From contig OZ241877.1 of assembly GCA_965203095.1 (NCBI GenBank), positions 704,001 through 768,000 on the forward strand: a DNA stretch of 64,000 nt. Reading direction: 5' to 3'. Every line of letters starts with the position of its first letter. Position 1 is the first letter of the stretch. A program made the position numbers and the translations under genes. This document shows, piece by piece, positions 11,193 to 20,393 of this stretch. The DNA is from Bdellovibrionales bacterium. GTDB taxonomy: Bacteria > Bdellovibrionota > Bdellovibrionia > Bdellovibrionales > UBA1609. The notes beneath the pieces are model-generated. The model had not been told where the DNA came from. It ran no database searches and saw nothing but the letters and a program-made list of their open reading frames with translations.

Positions 11193-11282
11193 GCCCGAGT
11201 GGTGGAATTTGGTAGACACACAGGACTTAAAATCCTGCGGTTTTTTAAAACTGTGCCAGTTCAAGTCTGGCCTCGGGCACCA
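11193..11282 (+). tRNA. tRNA-Leu (anticodon TAA)
   Basis: Acceptor GCCCGAG/CTCGGGC, anticodon arm CAGGA-CTTAAAA-TCCTG, long variable arm, GTTCAAGT, encoded CCA. Confidence 0.95.
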
Positions 11283-11344
11283 TTGATTTGAGCTGAGGGA
11301 AAAAACCCCTTAATGCCCATGAACCTTTTTTTAAAAAAACTAAA

Positions 11345-11421
11345 GGCCACGTAGCTCAGTGGGATAGAGCAAGAGTTTCCTAAACTCTAGGTCGCGGGTT
11401 CAAGTCCTGCCGTGGTCGCCA
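11345..11421 (+). tRNA. tRNA-Arg (anticodon CCT)
   Basis: Acceptor GGCCACG/CGTGGTC, TAGCTCAG, anticodon arm AGAGT-TTCCTAA-ACTCT, GGTTCAAGT, encoded CCA. Confidence 0.95.
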
Positions 11422-11479
11422 TCATGGAATTTCAAACAAAGTTTATTAAAGTCACCTTGGAACAAGTAAAATGTCGACA

Positions 11480-11594
11480 ATGTCTAATCTCTCCCTGAGT
11501 TCGCCATTTAATTAAGAAAAAAAGCTTGAAACCATCGGAAACAAGCCTTTTTTAATCTTATAAAATCTTATATTGAGGAACAGCCCTTAGACAT
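11480..11594. repeat. Dispersed ~100-115 bp repeat, copy 1 (ATGTCTAA..TTAGACAT ends, central hairpin)
   Basis: Near-identical to 13307-13398 and similar to the reverse complement of 44689-44778. Confidence 0.85.
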
Positions 11595-11606
11595 AAACCA
11601 ATAGTA

Positions 11607-12857
11607 TTATGCCGTCAATATTTTTGAAATATACACTTGAAACATTTTTGAATGCATTCTGTATTCACCAGTTCTATCCGGATTTTTTATAATAAGCTTC
11701 TTATTGGTTAAATCAGAAATAGCTACTCCTAATGAAGTTTTTTTCTTAGTGGATCGCTCCAATATCTTTTTACGAGAAACCCACTGATTTTCATTTCCTG
11801 AAAGATTTGCAATTATTTTTAATACTTCTTTATAATTTTGATTTTTTCTAATTTCATTATACATTTTACTAAAAAAAAGTTTTCCTAATTTTTTTACCGA
11901 ACCTTCGTAAAGAGCGTTCCCGTAAAGTCCTGCTTTTACATCTTTTTTCATTATTTTATCTTCCCCCGACATTGTAAAAGAAGAATAGCCAAGTTCCTGA
12001 ATAAGATGAGGGTAATTTTCAGAGTAAAATAAAATTTCTTTTACTGCCTTTGGGGATATAGCCTTTTTGGGCTTTCCATTTTCTAAGGCTTTTTCTATAA
12101 TCATTTTTGCTTCATTATCCGGCATTTTATCCAAAGTGACAGGAACAAATATCCTCAAAAAAGATTCATGACTGTCCGATAATCTTCCCATAATTTCCGG
12201 CATTCCAGAAAGAACAAGCATAAGATTACGACAATTATCATAAGCCAAATTTTCCTGCACTACTTTCCAAAAAGATGAAAAATTATCAAAGTCCCCCATT
12301 TTGTCTAATTCATCAATAATTATACAAATTGCATTCTTGATATTTTTTTTATCATCACTATCCTTTAAAACTCTGGCTGTTTTTCTTATACATTTTTCTG
12401 CATCTAAATATATTTTTCGTGGATTTTTACTTTTATCTTTGATCGTATATCCGCTTCCAAACAACTTTAATTCACTAAAAATTCCAATAACATCTTTTAA
12501 ACGATCTTTTATGCTTGTAAAAGATGGTTGCAAAGCCATATCTAACTCTTTGATAACTTGAGCAATAACGATTTCAGAGGGAGTGTTTTCTTGCACACTG
12601 ACATTAATCACCAGTAAAGGCTTATCTAAAAGTCCTTCTTTCCAAATGATCTGTTTTTCAGCTATAGCTTTTGTGACCATAGCAATAGAAGTTTTACCTA
12701 TACCCCGTTCCCCTGTGATCAATATGTTTTGGGGGTTAAAACTGGCTGTTTGATAGATACAAGTAGATATCTCATTCAGTTGTTGATACCTCCCCGCAAA
12801 AACTCCTGGAGGAACAGGATTGCCTGGTTGAAATGGATTAATAGTGACTATACTCAA
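11607..12857 (-). CDS. AAA+ ATPase (AAA_16/archaeal-type) with probable C-terminal winged helix
   Basis: NPF.PG..FAGR, Walker A GERGIGKT, Walker B IIIDELD, SENYPHLIQ, C-terminal helix-turn-helix-wing pattern. Confidence 0.8.
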   Translation of the reverse strand: MSIVTINPFQPGNPVPPGVFAGRYQQLNEISTCIYQTASFNPQNILITGERGIGKTSIAMVTKAIAEKQIIWKEGLLDKPLLVINVSVQENTPSEIVIAQVIKELDMALQPSFTSIKDRLKDVIGIFSELKLFGSGYTIKDKSKNPRKIYLDAEKCIRKTARVLKDSDDKKNIKNAICIIIDELDKMGDFDNFSSFWKVVQENLAYDNCRNLMLVLSGMPEIMGRLSDSHESFLRIFVPVTLDKMPDNEAKMIIEKALENGKPKKAISPKAVKEILFYSENYPHLIQELGYSSFTMSGEDKIMKKDVKAGLYGNALYEGSVKKLGKLFFSKMYNEIRKNQNYKEVLKIIANLSGNENQWVSRKKILERSTKKKTSLGVAISDLTNKKLIIKNPDRTGEYRMHSKMFQVYISKILTA

Positions 12858-12971
12858 AAAAGCTCTCCAATTTTATTAAGCCAAAATACTATTCCTGTAT
12901 TCCATCTTAATGGTTAAAGAATCTACTTTCAAAAATTACAGTTTGTTTGTAGGCTTTTCAAGGTCCTTTCA

Positions 12972-13280
12972 CCCTTTTTAAAGACTTACCGCCAGTTTAC
13001 CGCCCACTTACCGCCCACTTACCGCCCTTTTTAAAGACTTACCGCCAGTTTACCGCCCACTTACCGCCCATTTACCGCCCTTTTTAAAGACTTACCGCCA
13101 GTTTACCGCCCACTTACCGCCCACTTACCGCCCTTTTTAAAGACTTACCGCCAGTTTACCGCCCACTTACCGCCCATTTACCGCCCTTTTTAAAGACTTA
13201 CCGCCAGTTTACCACCCACTTACCGCCCATTTACCGCCCTTTTTAAAGACTTACCGCCAGTTTACCACCCACTTACCGCC
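12972..13280. repeat. Tandem repeat: ~5.8 x 53-bp unit, each with four 11-bp-spaced TTACCGCC boxes
   Basis: Units start at 12972, 13025, 13078, 13131, 13184, 13237; 23 TTACCRCC boxes. Confidence 0.97.
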
Positions 13281-13306
13281 ATTTTTTAGAGCCTTTGATT
13301 ATATCT

Positions 13307-13398
13307 TCTCCCTGAGTTCGCCATTTAATTAAGAAAAAAAGCTTGAAACCATCGGAAACAAGCCTTTTTTAAAAATCTTATATTGAAGCACAGCCCTT
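13307..13398. repeat. Dispersed repeat, copy 2 (direct repeat of 11490-11588)
   Basis: TCTCCCTGAGTTCGCCATTTAATTAAGAAAAAAAGCTTGAAACCATCGGAAACAAGCCTTTTTTAA is shared exactly. Confidence 0.9.
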
Positions 13399-13432
13399 CA
13401 ACTGGAAAAAATTCCATTTTTTTCACTTTTTT

Positions 13433-13459
13433 TAAAGTTTTTTTAGATTCAACCGATAA
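13433..13459 (+). promoter_or_regulatory. Putative sigma28 (FliA)-type promoter
   Basis: TAAAGTTT-N11-ACCGATAA, one mismatch to the extended consensus. Confidence 0.55.
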
Positions 13460-13593
13460 GTAAGTATAACAGGAAAAGCAAGCATTCAGCCCGTGTGATT
13501 TTATTCAGCGGGTTGTTTGTTTATGGTCACAACACTTACTTGACTCCTCAAAAGTGACTGTGGTCCAATCAGCTCATAACATTATGAGGGATT

Positions 13594-13782
13594 ATGGGAA
13601 GTTTAGATCTTGTTGTGGCAACGGTTATAGCTGTTTGCTCTCTTTTAGGTTTTCAGTTTGGACTGATTTATTTTCTTTTGAATGCAAAAATAACCCCACT
13701 TGAAAAGAGGATAGACAACCTTGAGGCAGGACAGGCCAAGATTTTAGCTATCCTCGAGAAAATAAAGCCTCAAGACTCTTAA
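13594..13782 (+). CDS. Small membrane-anchored coiled-coil hypothetical protein
   Basis: SD GAGGGA, N-terminal hydrophobic helix then LEKRIDNLEAGQAKI; paralogous fragments elsewhere in the window. Confidence 0.6.
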   Translation: MGSLDLVVATVIAVCSLLGFQFGLIYFLLNAKITPLEKRIDNLEAGQAKILAILEKIKPQDS

Positions 13783-13899
13783 AACCTCTATTTTTACTTT
13801 AACCCCCTGTTTTAGCCCCTCTTATACAAGGCTAAGGGCGGGATTTTTGCTTTTTATAACAAAATAAGCCCTCTATTGTTCATAATTTGTGGGCAAATC

Positions 13900-13927
13900 T
13901 AAAGTTTTCTCTCAAAAGAACCGATAG
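13900..13927 (+). promoter_or_regulatory. Putative sigma28 (FliA)-type promoter
   Basis: TAAAGTTT..N16 spacing..ACCGATAG upstream of ORF 13965. Confidence 0.45.
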
Positions 13928-13964
13928 ATAAATTAGTCATAGCTAACCAAAAAAGGTAAAAATT

Positions 13965-15170
13965 ATGAAAGGAAAAATCTCTGACTTTTTGAAACTCTTT
14001 TTAGCCTTCTATGAAAAAGCCTTAGTAGTCGCCCGTAAATTGAGTTCCCGCAAAAGTGAGAATCCCAGCTTTCAAAAACAGAGGGCAGGGCACAATTTAA
14101 AATTTATCCCTTTGGCTTTACTCATAGGTTGTATGCCCCCCCCCGGTTATGGCCCCGGCCCTGGTGGAGGCTATAACCCGAACTACTACCCCTCCACTGG
14201 TGTAGGAGGGCCCCCTGGTGGCAGTGCTACTCCTCCACGAAGTGATGCTGAATATGATGCAAAAAAAGCCAGAGATAGTGATAGAGCGGAGGTGTTAAAT
14301 AATTCTCGAAGCAGGGGGGGAGATCTTTGTGAAGATGAAAGCAAAAACCATGACTGTAGGGCACAATGTAAGGAAATGTATCGGAACGGCAATGATCGAG
14401 AAGATTGTGAGGAGCTACCCACCGATCAAGTGGAAAAACTATTAGATGTTCACAGAGCTTTAAAAAACCCCTCCGGTGATAAATTGGAGAACATTGATCT
14501 GGAAGATCTGGAAGTCTATCTTAATGTCTCTATTGCGGCTTTTGACAAAGTAGTGACTAGAGAGTATAGAAGGAGTGACGCAGAGGATATCTTTTTGTGG
14601 CTTACAGATGATGAGGAAGTGGCTGATTTACTAAAGGATGAAGATGATGATTATAGAACTCTTGAGGGCCTTCTTAAAGTAATTCAATCTTATAGTAGTA
14701 GCAGTGAGGTAGAAAAACCTTTTCAAAGAGAGCTTTACAGGGATGATACCCTTTTTGAGATGGCCATAGAAGCAGGTAATGAAACGGCCGCGGAGTATTT
14801 TTTAGAGTATATTTTTGAAAAGAGTAGCCACTGCCGTAATGGTCAAGAAGTCTCTCAAGAATGTTGGGGGGTGATTTGTGCCATTGGGAAAGACTTTAAC
14901 GACTCTGACAATCGATTGGATTTTTTGGAGAATTTTTCCGTATTCTCCAATTATGTGGATGATATTATTACCGGGGATAGAAATCCTATTACTGGTGGTG
15001 TAAATGGGGGAAACTGGCTACCTGACACCCGGAGACCCACAACCCAAAATGCAAACACAAGATATAAAACATCGGATGATGTGATAGCGAATGAAAAAAA
15101 AGGCGATTGGTGTAAGGCTCTTTGTGTGGGTGCAGGTGGAATCACTGCTGAAGCACAATGCAGTTCCTAA
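13965..15170 (+). CDS. Hypothetical Pro/Gly-rich, Cys-rich, acidic putative lipoprotein
   Basis: Lipobox-like LALLIGC, PPPGYGPGPGGG stretch, multiple Cys, long ORF. Confidence 0.65.
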   Translation: MKGKISDFLKLFLAFYEKALVVARKLSSRKSENPSFQKQRAGHNLKFIPLALLIGCMPPPGYGPGPGGGYNPNYYPSTGVGGPPGGSATPPRSDAEYDAKKARDSDRAEVLNNSRSRGGDLCEDESKNHDCRAQCKEMYRNGNDREDCEELPTDQVEKLLDVHRALKNPSGDKLENIDLEDLEVYLNVSIAAFDKVVTREYRRSDAEDIFLWLTDDEEVADLLKDEDDDYRTLEGLLKVIQSYSSSSEVEKPFQRELYRDDTLFEMAIEAGNETAAEYFLEYIFEKSSHCRNGQEVSQECWGVICAIGKDFNDSDNRLDFLENFSVFSNYVDDIITGDRNPITGGVNGGNWLPDTRRPTTQNANTRYKTSDDVIANEKKGDWCKALCVGAGGITAEAQCSS

Positions 15171-15255
15171 GCCCCTCACATTCTATAGATGCCGTTCCTA
15201 AAACCCTCACATTCTATAGCAAATTGCAAGTTCCTAAGCCCCTCACATTCTATAG
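15163..15255. repeat. Three 26-bp direct repeats (GTTCCTAAGCCCCTCACATTCTATAG)
   Basis: Copies at 15163, 15194 (2 mismatches) and 15230, separated by 5 and 10 nt. Confidence 0.85.
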
Positions 15256-15348
15256 GTTCATGACACTTTAACAGCTTGTATTTTTATCTAAACTACTTTA
15301 AGCTTAAAAGCTTGTGAGGCTTTTAAAAACAAACGATAAGGTTTTTTT

Positions 15349-16365
15349 ATGAAAAAGAACAAATCTCAAGTCCAAAGCAAGAAACCAAAACTCAGTCACG
15401 ATAATTTTTTTAAACTCTTTTACTCTGACATAGAACTTGCCAAAGACCTGCTAAAACTTATTTTCTCAAAAAAAGAACTTAGAGCCTACAATTTAAACCA
15501 GTTGAAAATAGAAAAAGACACTTTTGAGGCCAAAAGAGCTGATCTTATCTTTTCCCTCCCTTTTAAAAATTATCCAAAAAACAGAGTCCAAATCTTCATT
15601 CTTTTAGAGCACAAAAGCCATTATGATAAAAACCTGTTTAGCCAGCTTTTAGACTATCAAGTATTGGGTAGAAGGCACAGTATCCAACAAAAAGGCTATC
15701 CTCAGCCTATAATCGCCGTGCTGTTTTATCACGGGGAACAGCCTCTTAAATGGAAAAAATCTCTCCAAGAAGAGGATTTTGGTTCTTTTTTTAAAAAAAT
15801 TCCTATGGAATCCCGAAAAAATATGTTAAACTACGAACCGAAGATAATAAACACGCGAGACCCGAAAATTCAAAAAGCCCTTAAGGCTGGGGAATTTAAG
15901 GGTTATAGTGTGATAAAGTTATTGTCTGAGGTATGGAGTTTAAAGAAGAAAATAACTCCATTAAAGGTAAGAGATGTTTATGCTGAGTTTGAGGAGATAT
16001 TGAAGGATTTGAAGGGGAAGGAGAGAAAGACTGTAGAGTTAAGGATATTGGAGTATTTAAGAGACAATACGGGATTGGATTTAAAAGTTTGGGAAAGGGC
16101 GGAAAAACTGCTTATATCCGAAGGGATATTAAAACAAGGAGGGCTTATGCAAGATGTTTGGGAAATTATCAAAGAGAAAGGTCGCTGGGAAGGCCGACAG
16201 GAAGGCCGACAGGAAGGACGACAAGAAGGACGACAGGAAGGCCGACAGGAAGGCCAACAAGAGATTGTCCAAAATATGCTGAAAGAGAAAGCAAATATTT
16301 CTTTTATTTCTAAAGTGACGGGTTTGTCTGAAAAGAAAATAAAACAGCTAAAAAACGGTTCTTAA
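15349..16365 (+). CDS. rpn: Rpn/YhgA-family PD-(D/E)XK nuclease (full length)
   Basis: HDNFFK, RADLIF, LLEHKS, VLFYHG motifs; C-terminal (EGRQ)n repeats and ISKVTGLS tail. Confidence 0.9.
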   Translation: MKKNKSQVQSKKPKLSHDNFFKLFYSDIELAKDLLKLIFSKKELRAYNLNQLKIEKDTFEAKRADLIFSLPFKNYPKNRVQIFILLEHKSHYDKNLFSQLLDYQVLGRRHSIQQKGYPQPIIAVLFYHGEQPLKWKKSLQEEDFGSFFKKIPMESRKNMLNYEPKIINTRDPKIQKALKAGEFKGYSVIKLLSEVWSLKKKITPLKVRDVYAEFEEILKDLKGKERKTVELRILEYLRDNTGLDLKVWERAEKLLISEGILKQGGLMQDVWEIIKEKGRWEGRQEGRQEGRQEGRQEGRQEGQQEIVQNMLKEKANISFISKVTGLSEKKIKQLKNGS

Positions 16366-16592
16366 AGTCTTTGATTCATAGCTGAAACTGGCCTATTAGA
16401 CTTTGGAAAAACAAGGATAGGAAAAACTATCGCCTTGCTAAGAGCTTATCTAACTTCTCTTTAAGCTCCTTTTGTCCAGATTCAAGCTTGGCTTGTCCCG
16501 ACGACTCAAGGCTTTCTATTCTTTTAAACCTTTTCGTGGAGGGCTAATTTATGGAATCAAAAAGAATACTAATAGAAAATAAAAAGGATATT

Positions 16593-16891
16593 TTAATTAT
16601 TTTTCTTGAAGTTCCACTTCGGATGGTCTTTAGTGCCTTTAAGAAGATTACAATCCCTACATAGAATTTGAAGATTATCAAAGTCTAATTCAAGATTTGG
16701 ATATTTAGATCGAGGTTTGATATGGTCTATTTCCAGATCGTTTTTGTTTCCGCAACGCATACAAATAGAGGGATATTTTTGGAAAACCTGAATCCGCAGA
16801 GCTTTCCGCTCAGGGCTATTGTAAAAAGATTCTTTGTTTTCAAGGTAAAATTCTTTACCTACTACATCTCTATATAATTCATTTTTTTCAT
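16593..16891 (-). pseudogene. Small HNH endonuclease, frameshifted in an A7 run right after the ATG
   Basis: Manual translation: SFYNSPERKALRIQVFQKYPSICMRCG..LEIDHIKPRSKYP..DNLQILCRDCNLLKG; no in-frame upstream start unless one A is added. Confidence 0.8.
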
Positions 16892-17011
16892 ATTGGTCCG
16901 GTTCTGAAGGGGTTAGTTATGTAGAAAATCAATGTTTTATAAGAGAGCATAGCAACACAATCTCCATAAATGGTCCTCAACTGGAGGCAATAATTTCACA
17001 CTTTAAATAAA

Positions 17012-17623
17012 TCAAGCAAATAATTTTAATAACAAATATTTATGTCTTTTGTTTAAATCTTCTATTTTTGTTAAAAGTTTTTTTCGTATTAAATCTTCAA
17101 CATGGAAAACCTTGATTATAGGAGATTCCTTTATAAAATTTGCCTTTTCAGGTATAATGGGAATAATATTATCTATTATGCCCTCTTCCATCCTTTCTTT
17201 TTTTATATAACTAAGACAATATGGAGTGACCCCTAAAATAAGAGTAGCATTTGCAAATATCGTCATATAAGCATTAAATATAACCCATATATCATCTGGT
17301 ATATAAGGTTGAATATCACTTTGAATATTCAATGTTTTTAACTTATTAGACAGTCGCTCTATCGTTTGTTTGGTTTGTAAGAGGTCTAAAAATTGCTGAA
17401 TTTTATGTTTTGTTGGCTCATCTGAGCTTTCTATTTTTTTAAAATCAAGTTTTCTCATTTGAGAATATAATATTTGTCCTTGGGTGAGAATACCAACAGC
17501 CTCTCTTAACTTTTTTATAGCTTTTAATTTTTTCTTGTATAAAAATAATTTTTTGTCCCAAAAATATTTTGCTCCATACCCAGCAAAAGCACTTATCAAT
17601 ATTATGACAATTTGTTCAAACAT
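17012..17623 (-). CDS. Hypothetical protein with N-terminal TM helix
   Basis: 203-aa ORF, hydrophobic N-terminus, 17 bp downstream of the GHKL ATPase gene. Confidence 0.6.
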   Translation of the reverse strand: MFEQIVIILISAFAGYGAKYFWDKKLFLYKKKLKAIKKLREAVGILTQGQILYSQMRKLDFKKIESSDEPTKHKIQQFLDLLQTKQTIERLSNKLKTLNIQSDIQPYIPDDIWVIFNAYMTIFANATLILGVTPYCLSYIKKERMEEGIIDNIIPIIPEKANFIKESPIIKVFHVEDLIRKKLLTKIEDLNKRHKYLLLKLFA

Positions 17624-18683
17624 GAGAGCCTATTAAAAAATCAATTTTCTTGAATGTTGTCTATGCACTTAACAATAAATTCTTCTAAAACTTTAAATTC
17701 ATAATGTAATTGTTTGGCATCTGAAAATTCATATTCAAAATCATGTTTTGCAAAATTTCCTGTTGTATGAATCTGTTTGATGGCATCATGCATCTTATTT
17801 TTATCTTGTTTCTGATTTTTATACCATTCATTGAGCTTACTTCCAAAGAAGCTGTCAAAAGATTGTTTTTCTTTTTTGCCCATATAAACTGACAGACTTT
17901 CCAAAAAAGCCCAGCTACCAATATAGCACAAATAAGGATGTTTTATTAAAGATATTGTGCAAAGTGAATCGTATAATCTGACCAGCTTTTTTTTGTTTAA
18001 TTGAGATAGCTTTAATTCTACTTCTTTTGATTTTTGTATTTTTGTTATATTTTTTAAAGATTTTTTTGTTTTGATTTCTCCACTTGGTTTTTTTACTATA
18101 ATAGTTTCTTTTTTTTCCTCATCAGGGGAATCCTCTGTTTCTGGAGGATTTATTTTATCTTGCTTTGAGCGATAAAAATTAACTTGATCCATAAAATTAG
18201 GTTCTTTTTTAAGTTCTTTTTTTAATTCAATATATAGAGGATTTAGATCATCGATAAATTTTGTCTTCATAAAATCAATTTCAAAATCATTTAAATGAAT
18301 CTCTCCATAAAGTCTTTGACTGGCATATTTATTTTTTGTTCCTAATAAAACTTCAGCACTATTTGGATTTATAAGAGTTCCTTGTATTACTCTTCTATTT
18401 CTAAAAAGCCTTATGCCGGGATGTTTCACATAGCTCCCTGTTTTCATAATTATAAAAAAGCCTTTCACTTCTTTTCCTTTATAAGTCAAATTAATTTTCT
18501 GTTTCCATTTTCTTTTAATTTTATCTTTTGGTTTTCCATTTTTATCCACAACAGGAAAATTTAAAGTTTCTGGAGGTTCAAAAAAGGCTTTGTTTGTTTT
18601 CTTCCATCTCTTTAGCAAAATATTATCATTATATATAACATCTATTGATAAAAAATCTTTAAATTTTATAAATGTTTCTGCTA

Positions 18684-19818
18684 TACTGGTTTGATTTAAA
18701 AAATCAAGTTTTTTTGATAAAGGTTTAGTTTTTGGCATTATGAGTTTTCCAAATCTTTTGGATGTTCTATAATATGTTTCTATGAACTCATTTTTAACTG
18801 GCAAGCAAAAAGCAGAGCTTTTAACTTTTCTTCGTTTGGAAAGGAATCGTAGGCGAGCGGATCGTATCCGGGTTATTTTGTTGCTGGATAGTGGAGAGTC
18901 TGTCACCGATATTGCGAGATTTTTATTTTTTGATGAAGGAACTATCAGAAACTGCAAAAGGCGTTATGAAGAAGGAGGTTTGTCGAGGTTGGTTTATGAC
19001 GATCATAGAGGTCGCATGTCGTATTTATCTGAGGAACAACGGAAGAAACTGGTTTTGGAGTTGGAGTCAAAGGTATATCCCACAACAAAGGCAGTTGTTT
19101 TATATGTTCAAAAGACATTTGGGGTTGTTTATACTGTGAATGGAATGACGGCTTTACTTCACAAGTTAGATTTTTCATATAAGAAGCCAAAGGGTGTGCC
19201 TGGGAAGGCTGATATTGAGAAGCAGAAGGTGTTTATTCAAAGATATCGCAGGATAAAAAAGAGAGGTGATTTAGTGTATTTTGCGGATTCAACTCATCCT
19301 ATGCTCAATCCTGTAATATCATCGGGTTGGATTAAGAAGGGGGTGGAGTTTAAGGTTAAAACTAATTCAGGTCGTGAGCGGGTGAATATAAATGGTGCGA
19401 TAGAGATAAATAGTTTAGATTTTGTCAGTAGAAGCTGTGAGAGGGTTAATAAAAATTCAATGCAGGAGTTATTGCGAGCTGTGAGGGCGAGACAGCCTAT
19501 GAGGGATAAAAGGTTGTATTTGGTTTTAGACAATGCACCATATAACAGGGCCTTTCAGGTGAGGGATTTAGCGAAAAGTTTGGATATTACTTTGCTGTAT
19601 TTGCCTCCATTTTCTCCTAATTTGAATCCTATTGAGAGGTTTTGGAAATTTGTAAAGAAGAAGACAATGGCTAATGTGTATTTTTCAGATCTTAAAACTT
19701 TTCGTAAAGAGTTGATGCTGTTTTTAAGAGGTGTTAGAAAATACAGGGCTGAATTGTCCATGCTTATTACTGATAATTTTCATGTCATCGAAACCTGAAA
19801 ATTCAAACAAGACCAGTA
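18684..19818 (+). mobile_element. IS630-family insertion sequence (1135 bp)
   Basis: TA target duplication at 18682-83 and 19819-20; imperfect terminal IRs starting TACTGGT / ending ACCAGTA. Confidence 0.9.
18782..19798 (+). CDS. tnp: IS630-family DDE transposase
   Basis: HTH region, YFADSTHP, LVLDNAPY, LPPFSPNLNPIERFW. Confidence 0.95.
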   Translation: MNSFLTGKQKAELLTFLRLERNRRRADRIRVILLLDSGESVTDIARFLFFDEGTIRNCKRRYEEGGLSRLVYDDHRGRMSYLSEEQRKKLVLELESKVYPTTKAVVLYVQKTFGVVYTVNGMTALLHKLDFSYKKPKGVPGKADIEKQKVFIQRYRRIKKRGDLVYFADSTHPMLNPVISSGWIKKGVEFKVKTNSGRERVNINGAIEINSLDFVSRSCERVNKNSMQELLRAVRARQPMRDKRLYLVLDNAPYNRAFQVRDLAKSLDITLLYLPPFSPNLNPIERFWKFVKKKTMANVYFSDLKTFRKELMLFLRGVRKYRAELSMLITDNFHVIET

Positions 19819-20393
19819 TAAGTGTGGTATCAGTTTGTCTTGATAATACTCTTTTGATTCCATTCTTTTGCAATTTTTTATAATTATTTTTGTATAATGA
19901 GCTTTTTCTCGCTCCTCTTCACTGGAAACAGTAATTTCTGTTTCATTTTTCTCTAATAATTTGTTAAGGTCAAATACACATTTTAATTTTTCTTTAGAAT
20001 TTAAAGCTGAAGTTTCAATCATCCAAGTATTGCTCAACCAAACTGCGGCTGTTTTCATCCCTACTCCAAATTTTGACAGACTGGTTTCTTTATGCTTTAT
20101 GTTTGTATCCATTTTTATAGCTCTTTGAAAACTCTCTCTGTTTATTCCAGAGGCATTGTCTGAAATAGTTATCTCTTTTTTCTTACTATCAATAAAAATT
20201 TTTATTCTTAAAAAAAGGTTCTTTTTATCGATAGCTGATATAGCTTTCTGATTATCTATATAAGACTGGATAGAATTATCCACAAATTCAGAAAGGGCAG
20301 AATAAACAGAATAAGATTGACTCTGCAATAGTCTATACATTCCCATATCAGGGGAAACATCTACTTTGAAAGGTTTAAACATCTTTTCCTCCT

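Larger units (their letters stand above)
17641..20382 (-). pseudogene. GHKL/MORC-family ATPase interrupted by IS630 (534 aa when reconstructed)
   Basis: N-part has SEFVDNSIQ, ISDNASGI, SKFGVGMKTAA; C-part has GIRLFRNRRVI, QRLYGEIHL; removing the IS plus one TA rejoins the frame (..IPHL|AETFIKF..). Confidence 0.88.

Noticed and set aside
11480..11594. Canonical integron attC site or tRNA-derived att duplication
   Set aside because: Lacks the conserved AAC/GTT core, does not duplicate the tRNA 3' end, and there is no integrase in the window
12972..13280. Possible second CRISPR array
   Set aside because: Units are near-identical along their whole length with no unique spacers; it is a tandem repeat
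15163..15255. Possible mini-CRISPR array
   Set aside because: Spacers are only 5 and 10 nt, there is no palindrome and no similarity to the type V repeat
17641..18957. 438-aa ORF as an independent gene
   Set aside because: Its first ~90 codons are IS630 antisense sequence; it is the 3' part of the interrupted GHKL ATPase
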